Shown piece after piece: positions 27,999 through 38,187 of a stretch of DNA of 64,000 bases; the stretch's first letter is position 1, and each line of letters begins with the position of its first letter. The stretch comes from Caldilineaceae bacterium bin5. GTDB taxonomy: Bacteria > Chloroflexota > Anaerolineae > Caldilineales > Caldilineaceae. The position numbers were made by a program, and so were the translations under genes. Location: NCBI GenBank assembly GCA_002238445.1, contig MPML01000008.1, forward strand, positions 45,599-109,598, read 5' to 3'. The notes under the pieces were generated by a model. That model did no database searches. It saw only the letters and a program-made list of their open reading frames with translations, and was not told the DNA's origin.

Positions 27999-28955
27999 CT
28001 AACGTTCGCCGCGCATATAGGGCAGGCCGAGCGCTGCAGGGGCGCCGAGGCGGCGGCTTACGTTTTCATAGACGGTGATCAGTATCAGCACAACGACGGT
28101 CAGCAGATAGGGCATCATCGCCAGCATAGCAGCGGGAATGACGCCGCCGCCGGCGGCCTGCAACCGAAACTGGACCGCGTTGACGCCGCCAAAGATCAAG
28201 GCTCCAAGCAGAGCGCGGGCGGGATCCCAGGTGGCAAAGATGACGAGGGCGATGGCGATCCAGCCCCGTCCGCCGGTGAGATTTTCAGTCCAGCCGGGAG
28301 TATAGGCCAAGCTGAGGTGGGCGCCGCCCAGCCCCATGAGCATACCGCCGCCGATGGTGGCCAGATAGCGGGTGCGCGTGACCGATATGCCCATTGCATC
28401 GGCTGTGTCCGGGTCTTCGCCTACTGCGCGCACGTTGAGTCCAAGGCGGGTGCGATAGAGCAGGAAGGCGGATATGGGAACGGTCAGATACATAAGGTAG
28501 ACCAGCAGATCCTGGTTGAAGATGGCCTGGCCAAGCAGCGGAATCTGGCTGAGACCGGTGAGCGCGATTTTGTTGAACTTAGGGCCGACCAAGCCCACCA
28601 GCGGCGCGCCTTCGGGGCCAAGGCGCTGGCCCAGAAAGCTGCTCAGCCCGATGCCAAACAGTGTCAGCGCCAGGCCGCTGACGACCTGGTCCGCCCGCAG
28701 GGTGACGGACAAGAAGGCGTGGAGGGAGGCCAGTACGCCGCCTACTATGACCGCCGCCAGTGTGCCCAGGAGGAGACTGTCGGTGTGAAAACCAACGGCA
28801 AAGGCGCTGACTGCGCCCATGATGAGAATACCTTCCAAGCCGAGATTGAGAACGCCGGCCCTTTCGGTGTAGATTTCGCCGACGGCGGCAAAGACAAGAG
28901 AAGCGCCAGCCTGAATTGTCACCGTCAGAATCGAGATAAGTAGGGCGAGTTCCAT
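27999..28955 (-). CDS. ABC transporter permease (BMP/nucleoside-simple sugar type)
   Basis: Polytopic membrane protein. ERAGVLNLGLEGIL motif is typical of the second permease of BMP-family uptake systems. ATG 28955 is preferred over the 34-codon longer track start at 29057. Confidence 0.85.
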   Translation of the reverse strand: MELALLISILTVTIQAGASLVFAAVGEIYTERAGVLNLGLEGILIMGAVSAFAVGFHTDSLLLGTLAAVIVGGVLASLHAFLSVTLRADQVVSGLALTLFGIGLSSFLGQRLGPEGAPLVGLVGPKFNKIALTGLSQIPLLGQAIFNQDLLVYLMYLTVPISAFLLYRTRLGLNVRAVGEDPDTADAMGISVTRTRYLATIGGGMLMGLGGAHLSLAYTPGWTENLTGGRGWIAIALVIFATWDPARALLGALIFGGVNAVQFRLQAAGGGVIPAAMLAMMPYLLTVVVLILITVYENVSRRLGAPAALGLPYMRGER

Positions 28956-29086
28956 TATCGTAACGCCTTCACATGCTTGGTAGCCGGCGGCAGTATGCGG
29001 TTGCCGGTTTCCTGTCGCCAGGTTTTGCTCAGTGTCGACCGGTGTTTTCGTGGCCACCGGTTACTGACATTAGATCGGCGCTTCTT

Positions 29087-30220
29087 CTAATCGGCCGGCG
29101 CCGGTCCCTCGGAGACGGGCGCCGGTTTGGGGGCCGGCCGGGGCTGGGTACGAATTACGCGCAGCCGGTAGTTGATAAAGACATCGGCACCGAGCACGAA
29201 GAAGAGTATTGACCCCTGAAGCACACCTGCGACCGCCGCCGGCAGCCCCATGGTAATCTGCAACTGATCGCCGCCGGTGTTGAGTCCGGCCAGCAGTATG
29301 CTGACGAGCAGGATGGCCCAGGGGTTCAGCTTAGCCAACCAGGCCACAATAATCGCGGTAAAGCCATCTCCGACTGCGATTCCATTCTGCAGCCGGTGCC
29401 CCACACCGGCCACCTGGCTGAATCCGGCCAGCCCGGCGATGCCGCCGCTTACGCACATAACGAGGAGCACATTGCGCGCAATGCTCATGCCTGCGTAGCG
29501 GGCGGCCAGTGGGTTCTTGCCAATTACCTTGATCTCGAGCCCCCATTTGGTGCGGTCGAGGACGAGCCAGATCAGGAACGCGGCCAGGATCGCAATCACC
29601 AAGCCATAGTGGACCCGGCCGAGGTCGATTGGCAGGCGCGGCAACCAGGCGTGCTGGGGGAACTGGGCGCTGCCGGGAAAGCCGAAGCCCTCGGGATCCT
29701 TCCAGGCTCCGGTGTAGAGATATTGCATAAACAGCAGGGCCACATAGTTGAACATGAGGGTTGTAATGATTTCGTTGACCCGCAGGGCGGTTTTGAGGAA
29801 GGCCGGGATCAGGCCCCAGATGGCGCCGGCTGCAAAAGCGGCCACGATCATGGCCGGCAGGAAAGCCCATTGCGGCAGACCGCCGATCTGTTCCGGCAAA
29901 AAGAGCGCAACCCAGGTTGCGGCAATGACTCCCCAAACAAACTGTCCTTCGGCGCCAATATTCCAGAACAACATGCGAAAGGCGATGCCGACTGACAGGC
30001 CCGTCAGCATGAGAGGGATAGCGCGCAGAATTGTTTCGCTGATGTGGTAGCGTTGGCCGAACGCGCCGGCTGCCATGGCCGCATAGGTCTCAAACGGGTT
30101 TGCGCCGAATATCCATAGCAGAATACCACTGAAGATCAGCGCCAGAACGAGCGCGATCAGTGGAAAGAGAAATTCTACATGGCGGGGACGCGTCAGGCGT
30201 CTTTCAAGAATGAGTTGCAT
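29087..30220 (-). CDS. ABC transporter permease (BMP/nucleoside-simple sugar type)
   Basis: Polytopic. FWNIGAEGQ motif is typical of the first permease of BMP-family systems. ATG 30220 is preferred over the track start at 30292. Confidence 0.85.
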   Translation of the reverse strand: MQLILERRLTRPRHVEFLFPLIALVLALIFSGILLWIFGANPFETYAAMAAGAFGQRYHISETILRAIPLMLTGLSVGIAFRMLFWNIGAEGQFVWGVIAATWVALFLPEQIGGLPQWAFLPAMIVAAFAAGAIWGLIPAFLKTALRVNEIITTLMFNYVALLFMQYLYTGAWKDPEGFGFPGSAQFPQHAWLPRLPIDLGRVHYGLVIAILAAFLIWLVLDRTKWGLEIKVIGKNPLAARYAGMSIARNVLLVMCVSGGIAGLAGFSQVAGVGHRLQNGIAVGDGFTAIIVAWLAKLNPWAILLVSILLAGLNTGGDQLQITMGLPAAVAGVLQGSILFFVLGADVFINYRLRVIRTQPRPAPKPAPVSEGPAPAD

Positions 30221-30301
30221 AAGAGAATCTCTTCCTGTGCGACTGTGCGGCACTGGGGCGCGATTTACTTTCGCAAGCGCACTCGCTGCCAAGCCAGCGT
30301 T

Positions 30302-32038
30302 CTAAGCGACTTCGATCTCGTCCACAGGTAAGGCCACGAAGACAGTTGTGCCCTTGTTCAGGTCACTGCGCACCCAGATTTCGCCGTGGTGGGCCTCGAC
30401 GATTGCCTTGCTGAGGAAAAGACCGAGACCAGCGCCGGCCGTTTCACGGCGGAGGCTGCTATCCACGCGGTAGTACTTTTCGAATATACTCGGCAACTCC
30501 CTTGCCGGAATACCGATTCCCTCGTCAGCGACATAGAGCACCAGCCGGCGGGCCGCGCCCTCATCCTGCGGCTCTTCCTGCCAGCCGCCAATACGAATCA
30601 CGCCGCCGTCCGGCGAGTATTTGATGGCGTTGCTGAGTAGATTCGTGAAGACCAGGCGCAGCCGTTCTTCGTCGCCGTAGATGAGCGGCAGATCGGGCGG
30701 CAGATCGAACGCGATTTCGTGCGCGTCGGTCTGTGTGCGGTAGTCTTGAGCGACGCGTTCGAGCAGCCGCTGCAGTTGTACGTCGGAGCGCTCCAGCCGG
30801 AGGCCGCCGGCCAGGATGCGGCTCACGTCGAGCAGACTGTTGATCAGCGCCTCGAGCCGGTCGGCTTCCTCCTCGATCACTTCGAGGCTTTGGCGGGCGG
30901 TTTCGGCATCCCAGGCGGCGTCCGGGCGCGCCAGAGTCTGGGCATAGCCTTTGATCAGCGCTACGGGCGTCTTCAGTTCGTGGTTGATAATCGAGGTGAA
31001 GGTGGACTTCATCTCCTCTTCTTCGCGGAAACGGGTGATGTCCTGCACATTGGCGATAATATTCACCAAGCGCATGCGTTCATCCTTGACCGGGATGAAG
31101 GTTACGGAGACCGACATTTGGCCTCCGTCGGGGAGAACGATGTCTCCTTCAGTTTGGGCGCCGCTTTCGGGCAAGGAATCGACATCGAAATCGGCGCCGC
31201 AGAGATCCTCACCTTGCAAATTGAGTAGCGGCAGGACTTTGTCGCACGGCTGACCGATGGCCTCTTGGAGCGCGATGCCGGTCATTTGGGAGAGAGCCTG
31301 GTTGATCACTTCGACCCGCTTATTGGGGGCCAGGATCATCATGCCGTGGACGCTGTTTTGAACGATCATCGACAGCCGGCTGCGTTCTGTGGTCAGTTGC
31401 TGGTAGAGGCGGGCATTGCGCACGGCAATAGCGGCCTGGTCAGCGAACCCCTGCAAGAACTGCCAGTCCAGTGGAGAGAAGGCGGAATCGCCGCGGAACA
31501 GGTAGATCACGCCGAGAAGGTCCTCTTCGAAAAGAAGCGGGAGGCCGATCACCTGCCCCAATCTCTGGCCCAGGGCCGACTCTACCTCGCGTACGCGGCG
31601 CTTGATATCCTGCTGGTAGCGGTCTCCCAGCGAGAATTCGGCTGCGATGGCTTGGCCGGCCTCCCATTCGCCCGCTATTGCAGAGTGGTTCGACTCTTCA
31701 ACCGCTCGTGGATCTTCGGATGGCGGCCAGGATTGGGAGGCTACTTTGAGGAGGGGACGAAACGCGGGCAGGAGCTGGCGAGGGATGCCATAGGAGGCGC
31801 GGATGCGAAAGGGTTCATCGTCCTCGACGGTGCTGCGCCCGTCTGCGAGAGGCACGGCAGCGGATTCGTCATCCAACACGATTACGCCGGCCGGCGCGGC
31901 CAGCATTTCGGCGGCGCTCTCGAGGATCAGGCGCAGGAGGCTGGGCAAGTCGAGCCGCGAGGTCATGGCGCGGGTTATGCGCAGCAGATATTCTCGTTGA
32001 CGCAACTGGTAGGTTGCCATCAGTGCGGGAACATTCAT
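30302..32038 (-). CDS. sensor histidine kinase (GAF-PAS-HisKA-HATPase_c), cytoplasmic
   Basis: H-box FTSIINHELKTP, N-box LLSNAIKY, G-boxes DEGIGI and GAGLGL, with GAF- and PAS-like regions upstream. No adjacent response regulator. Start 32038 or 32131. Confidence 0.85.
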   Translation of the reverse strand: MNVPALMATYQLRQREYLLRITRAMTSRLDLPSLLRLILESAAEMLAAPAGVIVLDDESAAVPLADGRSTVEDDEPFRIRASYGIPRQLLPAFRPLLKVASQSWPPSEDPRAVEESNHSAIAGEWEAGQAIAAEFSLGDRYQQDIKRRVREVESALGQRLGQVIGLPLLFEEDLLGVIYLFRGDSAFSPLDWQFLQGFADQAAIAVRNARLYQQLTTERSRLSMIVQNSVHGMMILAPNKRVEVINQALSQMTGIALQEAIGQPCDKVLPLLNLQGEDLCGADFDVDSLPESGAQTEGDIVLPDGGQMSVSVTFIPVKDERMRLVNIIANVQDITRFREEEEMKSTFTSIINHELKTPVALIKGYAQTLARPDAAWDAETARQSLEVIEEEADRLEALINSLLDVSRILAGGLRLERSDVQLQRLLERVAQDYRTQTDAHEIAFDLPPDLPLIYGDEERLRLVFTNLLSNAIKYSPDGGVIRIGGWQEEPQDEGAARRLVLYVADEGIGIPARELPSIFEKYYRVDSSLRRETAGAGLGLFLSKAIVEAHHGEIWVRSDLNKGTTVFVALPVDEIEVA

Positions 32039-32236
32039 GGTAAGAACATACCAGAGCGGCAAAGTAAAGTCAACGATTCGGGGAGGGAGGGGCTGCGTTG
32101 CCGCTGGCTGCTCTGCTAGCCGTCGCGGCAACCGCTCGGCCCGCGCTTGGGTCTTCGGCCAGCAGCGGGAGTGACACAGGCAAGCGCAGGGGCATGGTTA
32201 GCGGGGGCAGCGGAAGCACCTTCAGATAGAAGAACC

Positions 32237-32536
32237 GTAACTACTAAGCCACATACAATGTCTGTCTTGACCAGCTCTTCTTCGCCGCGGCCATTCAGGC
32301 TATCAGATAGCCTATTCGGATGGGAGCGGCCAGGTTGCTGGAGCCGCGCGGCTGACCTGAATTCGTAAGGTCAGTGAGGCATGGTTTTGGAGGGGGGCGT
32401 TGCGGGGGCGCAGCCCCTGCACAAGGGAGGGCCGAAGGCCCGACCGCCAAAATACTACTCAAGAGGAGCGAGAAGAGGGTAAACGGCTTCGCTCGCCTGG
32501 TCGAGGGTTGCGAATTGACTGCGGCTGAGTAGCTAC
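32237..32536 (+). mobile_element. MITE-like repeat, copy 4 (300 bp) with TIRs and a perfect 8-bp target-site duplication
   Basis: Termini are GTAACTACTAAGCC... and ...GGCTGAGTAGCTAC (inverted). The element is flanked by GAAGAACC at 32229-32236 and again at 32537-32544. Core at 32380-32448. Confidence 0.75.
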
Positions 32537-32619
32537 GAAGAACCCTTTATCCCGAAACATACGGTTGGGAATATAGGGGGCACTTCTTCACCGGCGACAG
32601 GTTGGTTCAAGAGTACTGT

Positions 32620-34338
32620 CTACTCTTCTGTGATCATCGAGATAGCACCATCCTGATAGCTGATGACGTAGACGTTGCCGTCCTGATCTTCGCCGATGGC
32701 GCTGACTGGTACTGAGGCATTGATAAGCAGGGGGCTTTGCCACTTATCCTGGGCGCCGCCTGTCAACCCCCAGATTTTTCCGCGGCAGAAATCGGCGAAG
32801 AGGAAAACACCTTGCAGGTGAGGCAGGCTGGCGCCGCGATAGACGGCCCCGCCGACAATCGCGCATCCTTGTGAACGGTTGTATTCGGCCACGGGCGAGG
32901 TCTGGCCATCTGCGCTGCATATCCAATGTTCGACAGTACAGGGTTCACCCTCGGTGCAACCCCAATGCTCAAAACAGATGCTTCCTTCGGTGATACGCCA
33001 GCCGTAGTTTTCGCCGCCGGCGCTGGTTGCCGGCTGGTAGTTGACCTCTTCCTGGGTGATATTGCCCACATCTGGGATGTAAAGTTCGCCTGTTTGCTTG
33101 TCGAAAGCAAATCCCCAGGGATTGCGCAGGCCATAGGCCCAGATTTCGTCGCGATAGCCTTCAAGCTGCCCGAATGGGTTGCTAGCGGGGATAGCGTAAG
33201 GCTTGACGCCGGACTCGACATCGATGCGCAGAATGGCGCCCAACAGCGTGTCGGGGTTCTGCCCATGATTGTCAGGATCGTTGAAGGAAATTCCGCCGCC
33301 ATCGCCGCTGCCGATGTACAGGTAGCCATCTAGCGGACCAAAAAGGATACGCCCGCCATTGTGCGAATCGTAAGGTTGCTCGATCGTGAGCACAATTTCC
33401 TCGCTGGCTGGATCGGCTCTGTCAGGATCGGCGGTCGTTTGGTAGCGGGCGATGACTGTAGTGCCATCGCCATTGGTATAGCTGATGTAGAAATGCTGTT
33501 TGGCGCCATAGCCCGGCGGGAAAGCCAGATCGAAAAGCCCCCGTTCCCCGCAGCAACTGACCCTCTCGGAGATATCGAGGAATGGTGTATCGTTCACAGA
33601 CCAGGCGGCGTCGCCGTTGGACGCGTCAGCTTTCTTGATAATGCGGATGCGCCCTCCTTGCTCGACGACGAAGAGGCGGCCACTGTTATCGCCAGAGTGG
33701 GTAAGCTGTACCGGCAAATTCAACCCTGAGGCGATTGTGCTGAGTTTGAGCGGCGGCAGGGCAGGAATTTCAGAGGGTTCGCCGAACACGCGCACCTCGC
33801 GCCAAGCGACCCAACTCGGGCTTTGAACAGTGCGAATGAACACCTCGTTAATGCTGCGGGGCGGTTCAATCGTTACTTCGAGAGTTTGTCCATCTTCGGT
33901 GTTATCGCTGACGAGCCGCTCGTAGAGGACGCGTGTACCGGAACCGTCGCCCAACCAGACCTCATGCGTGGTAGGACCAGGAGGGGCCTGGGCAATGACC
34001 AGCTCGACTCCTTCGACCAGGTAGTGTCCATCGAGTGCGATGCGGAACCATCCCAGCGGGGCGCGCCCCGAGTTCCAAAGTGAGTCGAGATCGCCATCGA
34101 CTGCCAGGTTCGCGGATTCTTGGCCCGACGAAGGAATAGCCTCTCCCGAAGCGGCAATGTTTGTCGACAGCGCCGGTGTTGCGGTTGGCGTATTTGATTG
34201 CGCGTCAAGGGTTGCGATAGGGGGTGTTGCGGTCGCGGTTGCGGTTGCGGTGGGCTGGGCAGGTGGTGGGTCTGGCACACAGGCGGCAACGGCCAACAGT
34301 GCGAGCAACCCGATTGTCGCTACGCAGAAATTCTTCAT
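32620..34338 (-). CDS. PQQ-dependent sugar (glucose/sorbosone) dehydrogenase lipoprotein with N-terminal discoidin-like domain
   Basis: Lipobox LLAVAAC. Contains GLRNPWGFAFD and HNGG motifs of soluble PQQ-dependent dehydrogenases. Confidence 0.85.
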   Translation of the reverse strand: MKNFCVATIGLLALLAVAACVPDPPPAQPTATATATATPPIATLDAQSNTPTATPALSTNIAASGEAIPSSGQESANLAVDGDLDSLWNSGRAPLGWFRIALDGHYLVEGVELVIAQAPPGPTTHEVWLGDGSGTRVLYERLVSDNTEDGQTLEVTIEPPRSINEVFIRTVQSPSWVAWREVRVFGEPSEIPALPPLKLSTIASGLNLPVQLTHSGDNSGRLFVVEQGGRIRIIKKADASNGDAAWSVNDTPFLDISERVSCCGERGLFDLAFPPGYGAKQHFYISYTNGDGTTVIARYQTTADPDRADPASEEIVLTIEQPYDSHNGGRILFGPLDGYLYIGSGDGGGISFNDPDNHGQNPDTLLGAILRIDVESGVKPYAIPASNPFGQLEGYRDEIWAYGLRNPWGFAFDKQTGELYIPDVGNITQEEVNYQPATSAGGENYGWRITEGSICFEHWGCTEGEPCTVEHWICSADGQTSPVAEYNRSQGCAIVGGAVYRGASLPHLQGVFLFADFCRGKIWGLTGGAQDKWQSPLLINASVPVSAIGEDQDGNVYVISYQDGAISMITEE

Positions 34339-34549
34339 CAGATTATTACTCGCTGGAACCGGTCTAATACCTGCGACCGGTTTTCATTTCATTCGGGCAA
34401 GAGGACTTTGTCGGGCGATCGCAGAGGCGCGCTTGGCCGCTTGGCGAACTGGTGCCCTGCGGGGGGCACTTTGCACGGTGCGCCCCGAATTTTTCTGGAT
34501 TGCAAATGTGACGGCAGACTGCGTCGGCGGGGACACTGTGCGATGGTCG

Positions 34550-34936
34550 TCAGGCGCCGAAGGCGTCGGGCAGCAATGCGCGCACGGTCGTGCTGCGGAA
34601 GTTGCCGGCCGCGTCGCTGATATACACGTCCATGTCTACCCCGAGTTCAACCATCACCTGACGGCAAAAGCCGCAGGGCGAGCCGCCGTCCACGGTAACG
34701 ACGGCGATGGCAGTCAGGTGCCGTTTGCCCTGGGCGATGGCGGATGTGAGCGCGACGCGCTCGGCGCAGATGGTGCCCCCATAGGAGGCGTTTTCAACGT
34801 TACATCCCGGTATGATTTCCCCGTTTTCGGTCAATACGGCGGCGCCGACGGCGTAGTTGCTATATGGGGCATACGCCTGTTTGCGGGCGGAGTGGGCCGC
34901 GGCGACAAGTTGCTGGGGGGATACAGTCGCGTTCAC
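34550..34936 (-). CDS. cdd: cytidine deaminase
   Basis: 128 aa with zinc ligands CAERVA and PCGFCRQ. Confidence 0.9.
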   Translation of the reverse strand: MNATVSPQQLVAAAHSARKQAYAPYSNYAVGAAVLTENGEIIPGCNVENASYGGTICAERVALTSAIAQGKRHLTAIAVVTVDGGSPCGFCRQVMVELGVDMDVYISDAAGNFRSTTVRALLPDAFGA

Positions 34937-34987
34937 GATAGCGTCCTTTCTGTACGCCGTTTCCGAGCGGGGGCGCGTACCATGTTG

Positions 34988-36337
34988 TCAGGCAGCCGAC
35001 TGCAAGTAGCCGGGGCCTGTGGTGTCCTCGGGCTGTTCTTCGGCCTCAGGCTGGTTCAAGATCTGGGCATTGTTGTCTGCACTGTGGTGCGGCTCGACAC
35101 GCACCTCGTCGATACGGCGGGAATCAACCGACAGGACGGTGAAACGCCAGTCTTTGAACTGTATGCTTTCGCCCTGCTCCGGCACCCGCCCCAGTTGGCT
35201 GTAAATGAAACCGCCTAGAGTATCGATATTCTCACGGCCGGCGGACAGGTCGACGTTGATAAGCTGGGACACCTCATCGATATCGTAACGGGCGTTAAAG
35301 ATGTAGATTTCGGGGGCCAGTTTTTTCAGCTGCGGCTCTTCCGAATCGTACTCATCTTGAATTTCGCCGACGATCTCCTCGAGCAGGTCTTCGATCGTAA
35401 CGAGCCCGGCTGTGCCGCCGTATTCATCCACGGCCAAGGCCATGTGGATGCGGTGTGCCTGCATTTCCTCGAAAAGCTCGTCCAGTTTTTTGCTCTGGGG
35501 CACAAAGTAGGCTTTGCGCAGCAGCTGACGAACGGAAATATCCTGACTGCCGTCGCGCAGACAGAGCAGGAGATCTTTGGCATAGAGGACACCGAGCAGA
35601 TGGTCAATGCTGTCTTCATAGACGGGAATGCGGCTGTGTCCATTTCCGATAATCAGATCGAGGGCTTGACTGAGCGGCGCGGTCACTTCTACCGCCACGA
35701 TGTCGAGCCGGGGCACCATGATTTCGCGCACGGTCGTCTCGCCGAATTCAAAGATGCCGGCGATCATCTGCTTCTCATCTTCTTCGATCACGCCCTCGCC
35801 TTCGCCCACATGAATCAGGAAGCGCAGGCCGTCTTCGCTGAGAAAGACGCTTTCCGCGGTCACTTCGTCTTCGTCTCCCCGGGCGGAGGAGGCCAGGCGA
35901 CGCAGCAGAATCGACAGCGGGGCGAGAACTACAGCCACGAGGTCGACAGAACGGGCGATGGAGAGGGCGACCGTTTCCGGCTGTCGCAGCGCCCAACCGC
36001 GGGCGACGATTTGGATGGCAAGAAGCAGGAGCCAGATCAGGCCCACCGCGGCGCTGACGCCGACATCGGACCATTGGAGGGTCATTGCCAGACAGACGGT
36101 CATGGAGCCTGCGGCAATATACGCAAGGCTTTTGAGGATCAGCAGGGTAGAGAGAAAACGGGCCGGGTTTGAGAGCATCTGGTCGATCAGCTTAGCCCGC
36201 TGATTGCCGCTGGCGAGAAGTTCTCGAATACGGCTTCTAGATGCTGCCGACAGCGATACTTCGGCGGCAGCTACAAAGCCGATCGTTAATAGAGGCAGCA
36301 AGAGCGCCGCGATCAGCCATGCAGGTTCCACATCCAC
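34988..36337 (-). CDS. CNNM/hemolysin-family membrane protein (DUF21-CBS pair-CorC_HlyC)
   Basis: N-terminal TM region, CBS pair (VREIMVPR...), and C-terminal transporter-associated domain (GGFIYSQLGRVPEQGE). Confidence 0.9.
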   Translation of the reverse strand: MDVEPAWLIAALLLPLLTIGFVAAAEVSLSAASRSRIRELLASGNQRAKLIDQMLSNPARFLSTLLILKSLAYIAAGSMTVCLAMTLQWSDVGVSAAVGLIWLLLLAIQIVARGWALRQPETVALSIARSVDLVAVVLAPLSILLRRLASSARGDEDEVTAESVFLSEDGLRFLIHVGEGEGVIEEDEKQMIAGIFEFGETTVREIMVPRLDIVAVEVTAPLSQALDLIIGNGHSRIPVYEDSIDHLLGVLYAKDLLLCLRDGSQDISVRQLLRKAYFVPQSKKLDELFEEMQAHRIHMALAVDEYGGTAGLVTIEDLLEEIVGEIQDEYDSEEPQLKKLAPEIYIFNARYDIDEVSQLINVDLSAGRENIDTLGGFIYSQLGRVPEQGESIQFKDWRFTVLSVDSRRIDEVRVEPHHSADNNAQILNQPEAEEQPEDTTGPGYLQSAA

Positions 36338-36447
36338 AAGTGACTCCTTTTTCTACGATGCCTTGCGCGATGCCGGGCCGAGCGCAGGCAGCATGACGGA
36401 AAAATTCGACCCTAAAGGCTAGGATGCCACATTATACTTCGTAAGGT

Positions 36448-37908
36448 TCACTCTTGCTTCTTCTTCGATTGGGAGGCGATTTGGCCGGCGGCGGCCTCCT
36501 CCCCGGTTTCGGTATCCGGTTGCGCTGGGGCGGCCGTGCATGAATCAGCCTGTTCGGCGGGACGCGGGCGTCGTGCGGGCACGCCGTAGACGAGCGCATC
36601 CTCGTCCACATCTCTGGTTACGACAGAGCCGGCGCCGGTGCGGGCGCGGGCGCCAAGCGTAACGGGAGCAACCAGGAGGGTATCACTGCCGAGAAAGACT
36701 TCATCGCCGAGAATTGTACGGTTCTTTGAGACGCCATCGAAATTACAGGTGATGGAGCCGGCGCCGATATTTACATTTTCGCCAACGGTGGCATCGCCAA
36801 TATAGCTGAAATGACCCATTTTGACGCCTGGACCCAAGTAGCTGTTTTTCACTTCGCCGAAGTTGCCCATGTGTACATCTTCGCCGAGATGGGCACCCGG
36901 CCGCAGATGGCCAAAGGGGCCTACTTCGCTGCCGCGCTCCATCGCGGCCTGCTCGATGACGCTGTACTCAACCCGGCAGTCGTCGCCGATTGCGCTGTCG
37001 ACGATCCGGCTGTTCGGCCCGATGCGGCAGCCTTCGCCAACGTTGGTGCGCCCTTGCAGATGGGTTCCCGGATAGATAGTCGAGTCCTGACCGATTGTCA
37101 CTTCAGCGTCGATATATGTAGAAGCGGGATCGACAATGGTGACACCGGATAGCATGTGTTCGGTATTGATACGTTGGCGCAGCGCTTGCGCGGCGGCGGC
37201 CAACTGGCTGCGGTCATTGATGCCAAATGTCTCTTCGGGCGCGGCGGCAAAGGTTTCGATCGGTTGGCCCTGTTCGACGGCGATTTCAACCATATCGGTC
37301 AGATAGTATTCCCCGTTAGAGTTTGGCGCAAGCAGGGAGATGTTTTGCCAGAGCCATTGGGCATTAAAGCAGTAGACACCAGGATTCAGCTCGCGAACAG
37401 CCAGTTGTTCCGGCGTGCAGTCCACCTCTTCCACGATTTTGTGGACAGCCCCGTTCTTGTCGCGCACGATCCTGCCGAAGCCCTGGGCCTCTTCGCGCTC
37501 GACAGTCAAAAGGGAGAGCGCGGTTGGCTTTTGCTGCGGTTGTGTACTGCAGGCGAGACATTGGGTCAAGCTTGCCAGTGTTTCGGGACGCAGAAGGGGC
37601 ATATCCGAGTAGAGGACCAGCACATGATCGGCCCTCTGATACAGGAGTTCTTTTGCTTGCATCAAGGCGTGGCCGGTGCCGAGTAGTTCCTTCTGCAGGC
37701 AGTAGTGGACGCGCTCGCCGAGGACATTTTGCACTTGTTCTTTTGCATGACCGACGACGACAACCGGCGGAAGATCAGAAAGCCCTTCTGCCGCTTGCAG
37801 AGACCACTCGATCAGGGGCCGGCCGGCCAGAGGGTGGAGAGATTTGGGCAGTCTAGATTTCATGCGGGTTCCGAACCCGGCGGCCAGGATGACGGCGGCG
37901 ACTGTCAT
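36448..37908 (-). CDS. glmU: bifunctional UDP-N-acetylglucosamine diphosphorylase / glucosamine-1-phosphate N-acetyltransferase
   Basis: AVILAAGFGTRMKS..PK.LH motif and a C-terminal left-handed beta-helix of hexapeptide repeats. ATG 37908 (MTVAAVILAAG) is preferred over the track start at 37968. Confidence 0.9.
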   Translation of the reverse strand: MTVAAVILAAGFGTRMKSRLPKSLHPLAGRPLIEWSLQAAEGLSDLPPVVVVGHAKEQVQNVLGERVHYCLQKELLGTGHALMQAKELLYQRADHVLVLYSDMPLLRPETLASLTQCLACSTQPQQKPTALSLLTVEREEAQGFGRIVRDKNGAVHKIVEEVDCTPEQLAVRELNPGVYCFNAQWLWQNISLLAPNSNGEYYLTDMVEIAVEQGQPIETFAAAPEETFGINDRSQLAAAAQALRQRINTEHMLSGVTIVDPASTYIDAEVTIGQDSTIYPGTHLQGRTNVGEGCRIGPNSRIVDSAIGDDCRVEYSVIEQAAMERGSEVGPFGHLRPGAHLGEDVHMGNFGEVKNSYLGPGVKMGHFSYIGDATVGENVNIGAGSITCNFDGVSKNRTILGDEVFLGSDTLLVAPVTLGARARTGAGSVVTRDVDEDALVYGVPARRPRPAEQADSCTAAPAQPDTETGEEAAAGQIASQSKKKQE

Positions 37909-38187
37909 GCAGGATGCTCCTGAGCTGTGGGGGGAGGAAGCGGTGCGCGCAAAGTCGGCCTGTGGCATGCTGCCAAGGGGGTGAACGCGTCGATTATTTG
38001 GTTAAGCGCGAGAGAGACAGCGAAACTGATCGGGGATAAGGATGGTATAAATCCGGGTTCAGGAGGGATATCATCCATGGATTAGATCGCAGACCGGGGC
38101 AGATTGATGTCTGCGCACATTGTATCACAAGGTAGCGGGTTGTCCAGAAGAGAAGTTTTCTTTAGTGGAGTGTTAAAGAAAGAGGAG

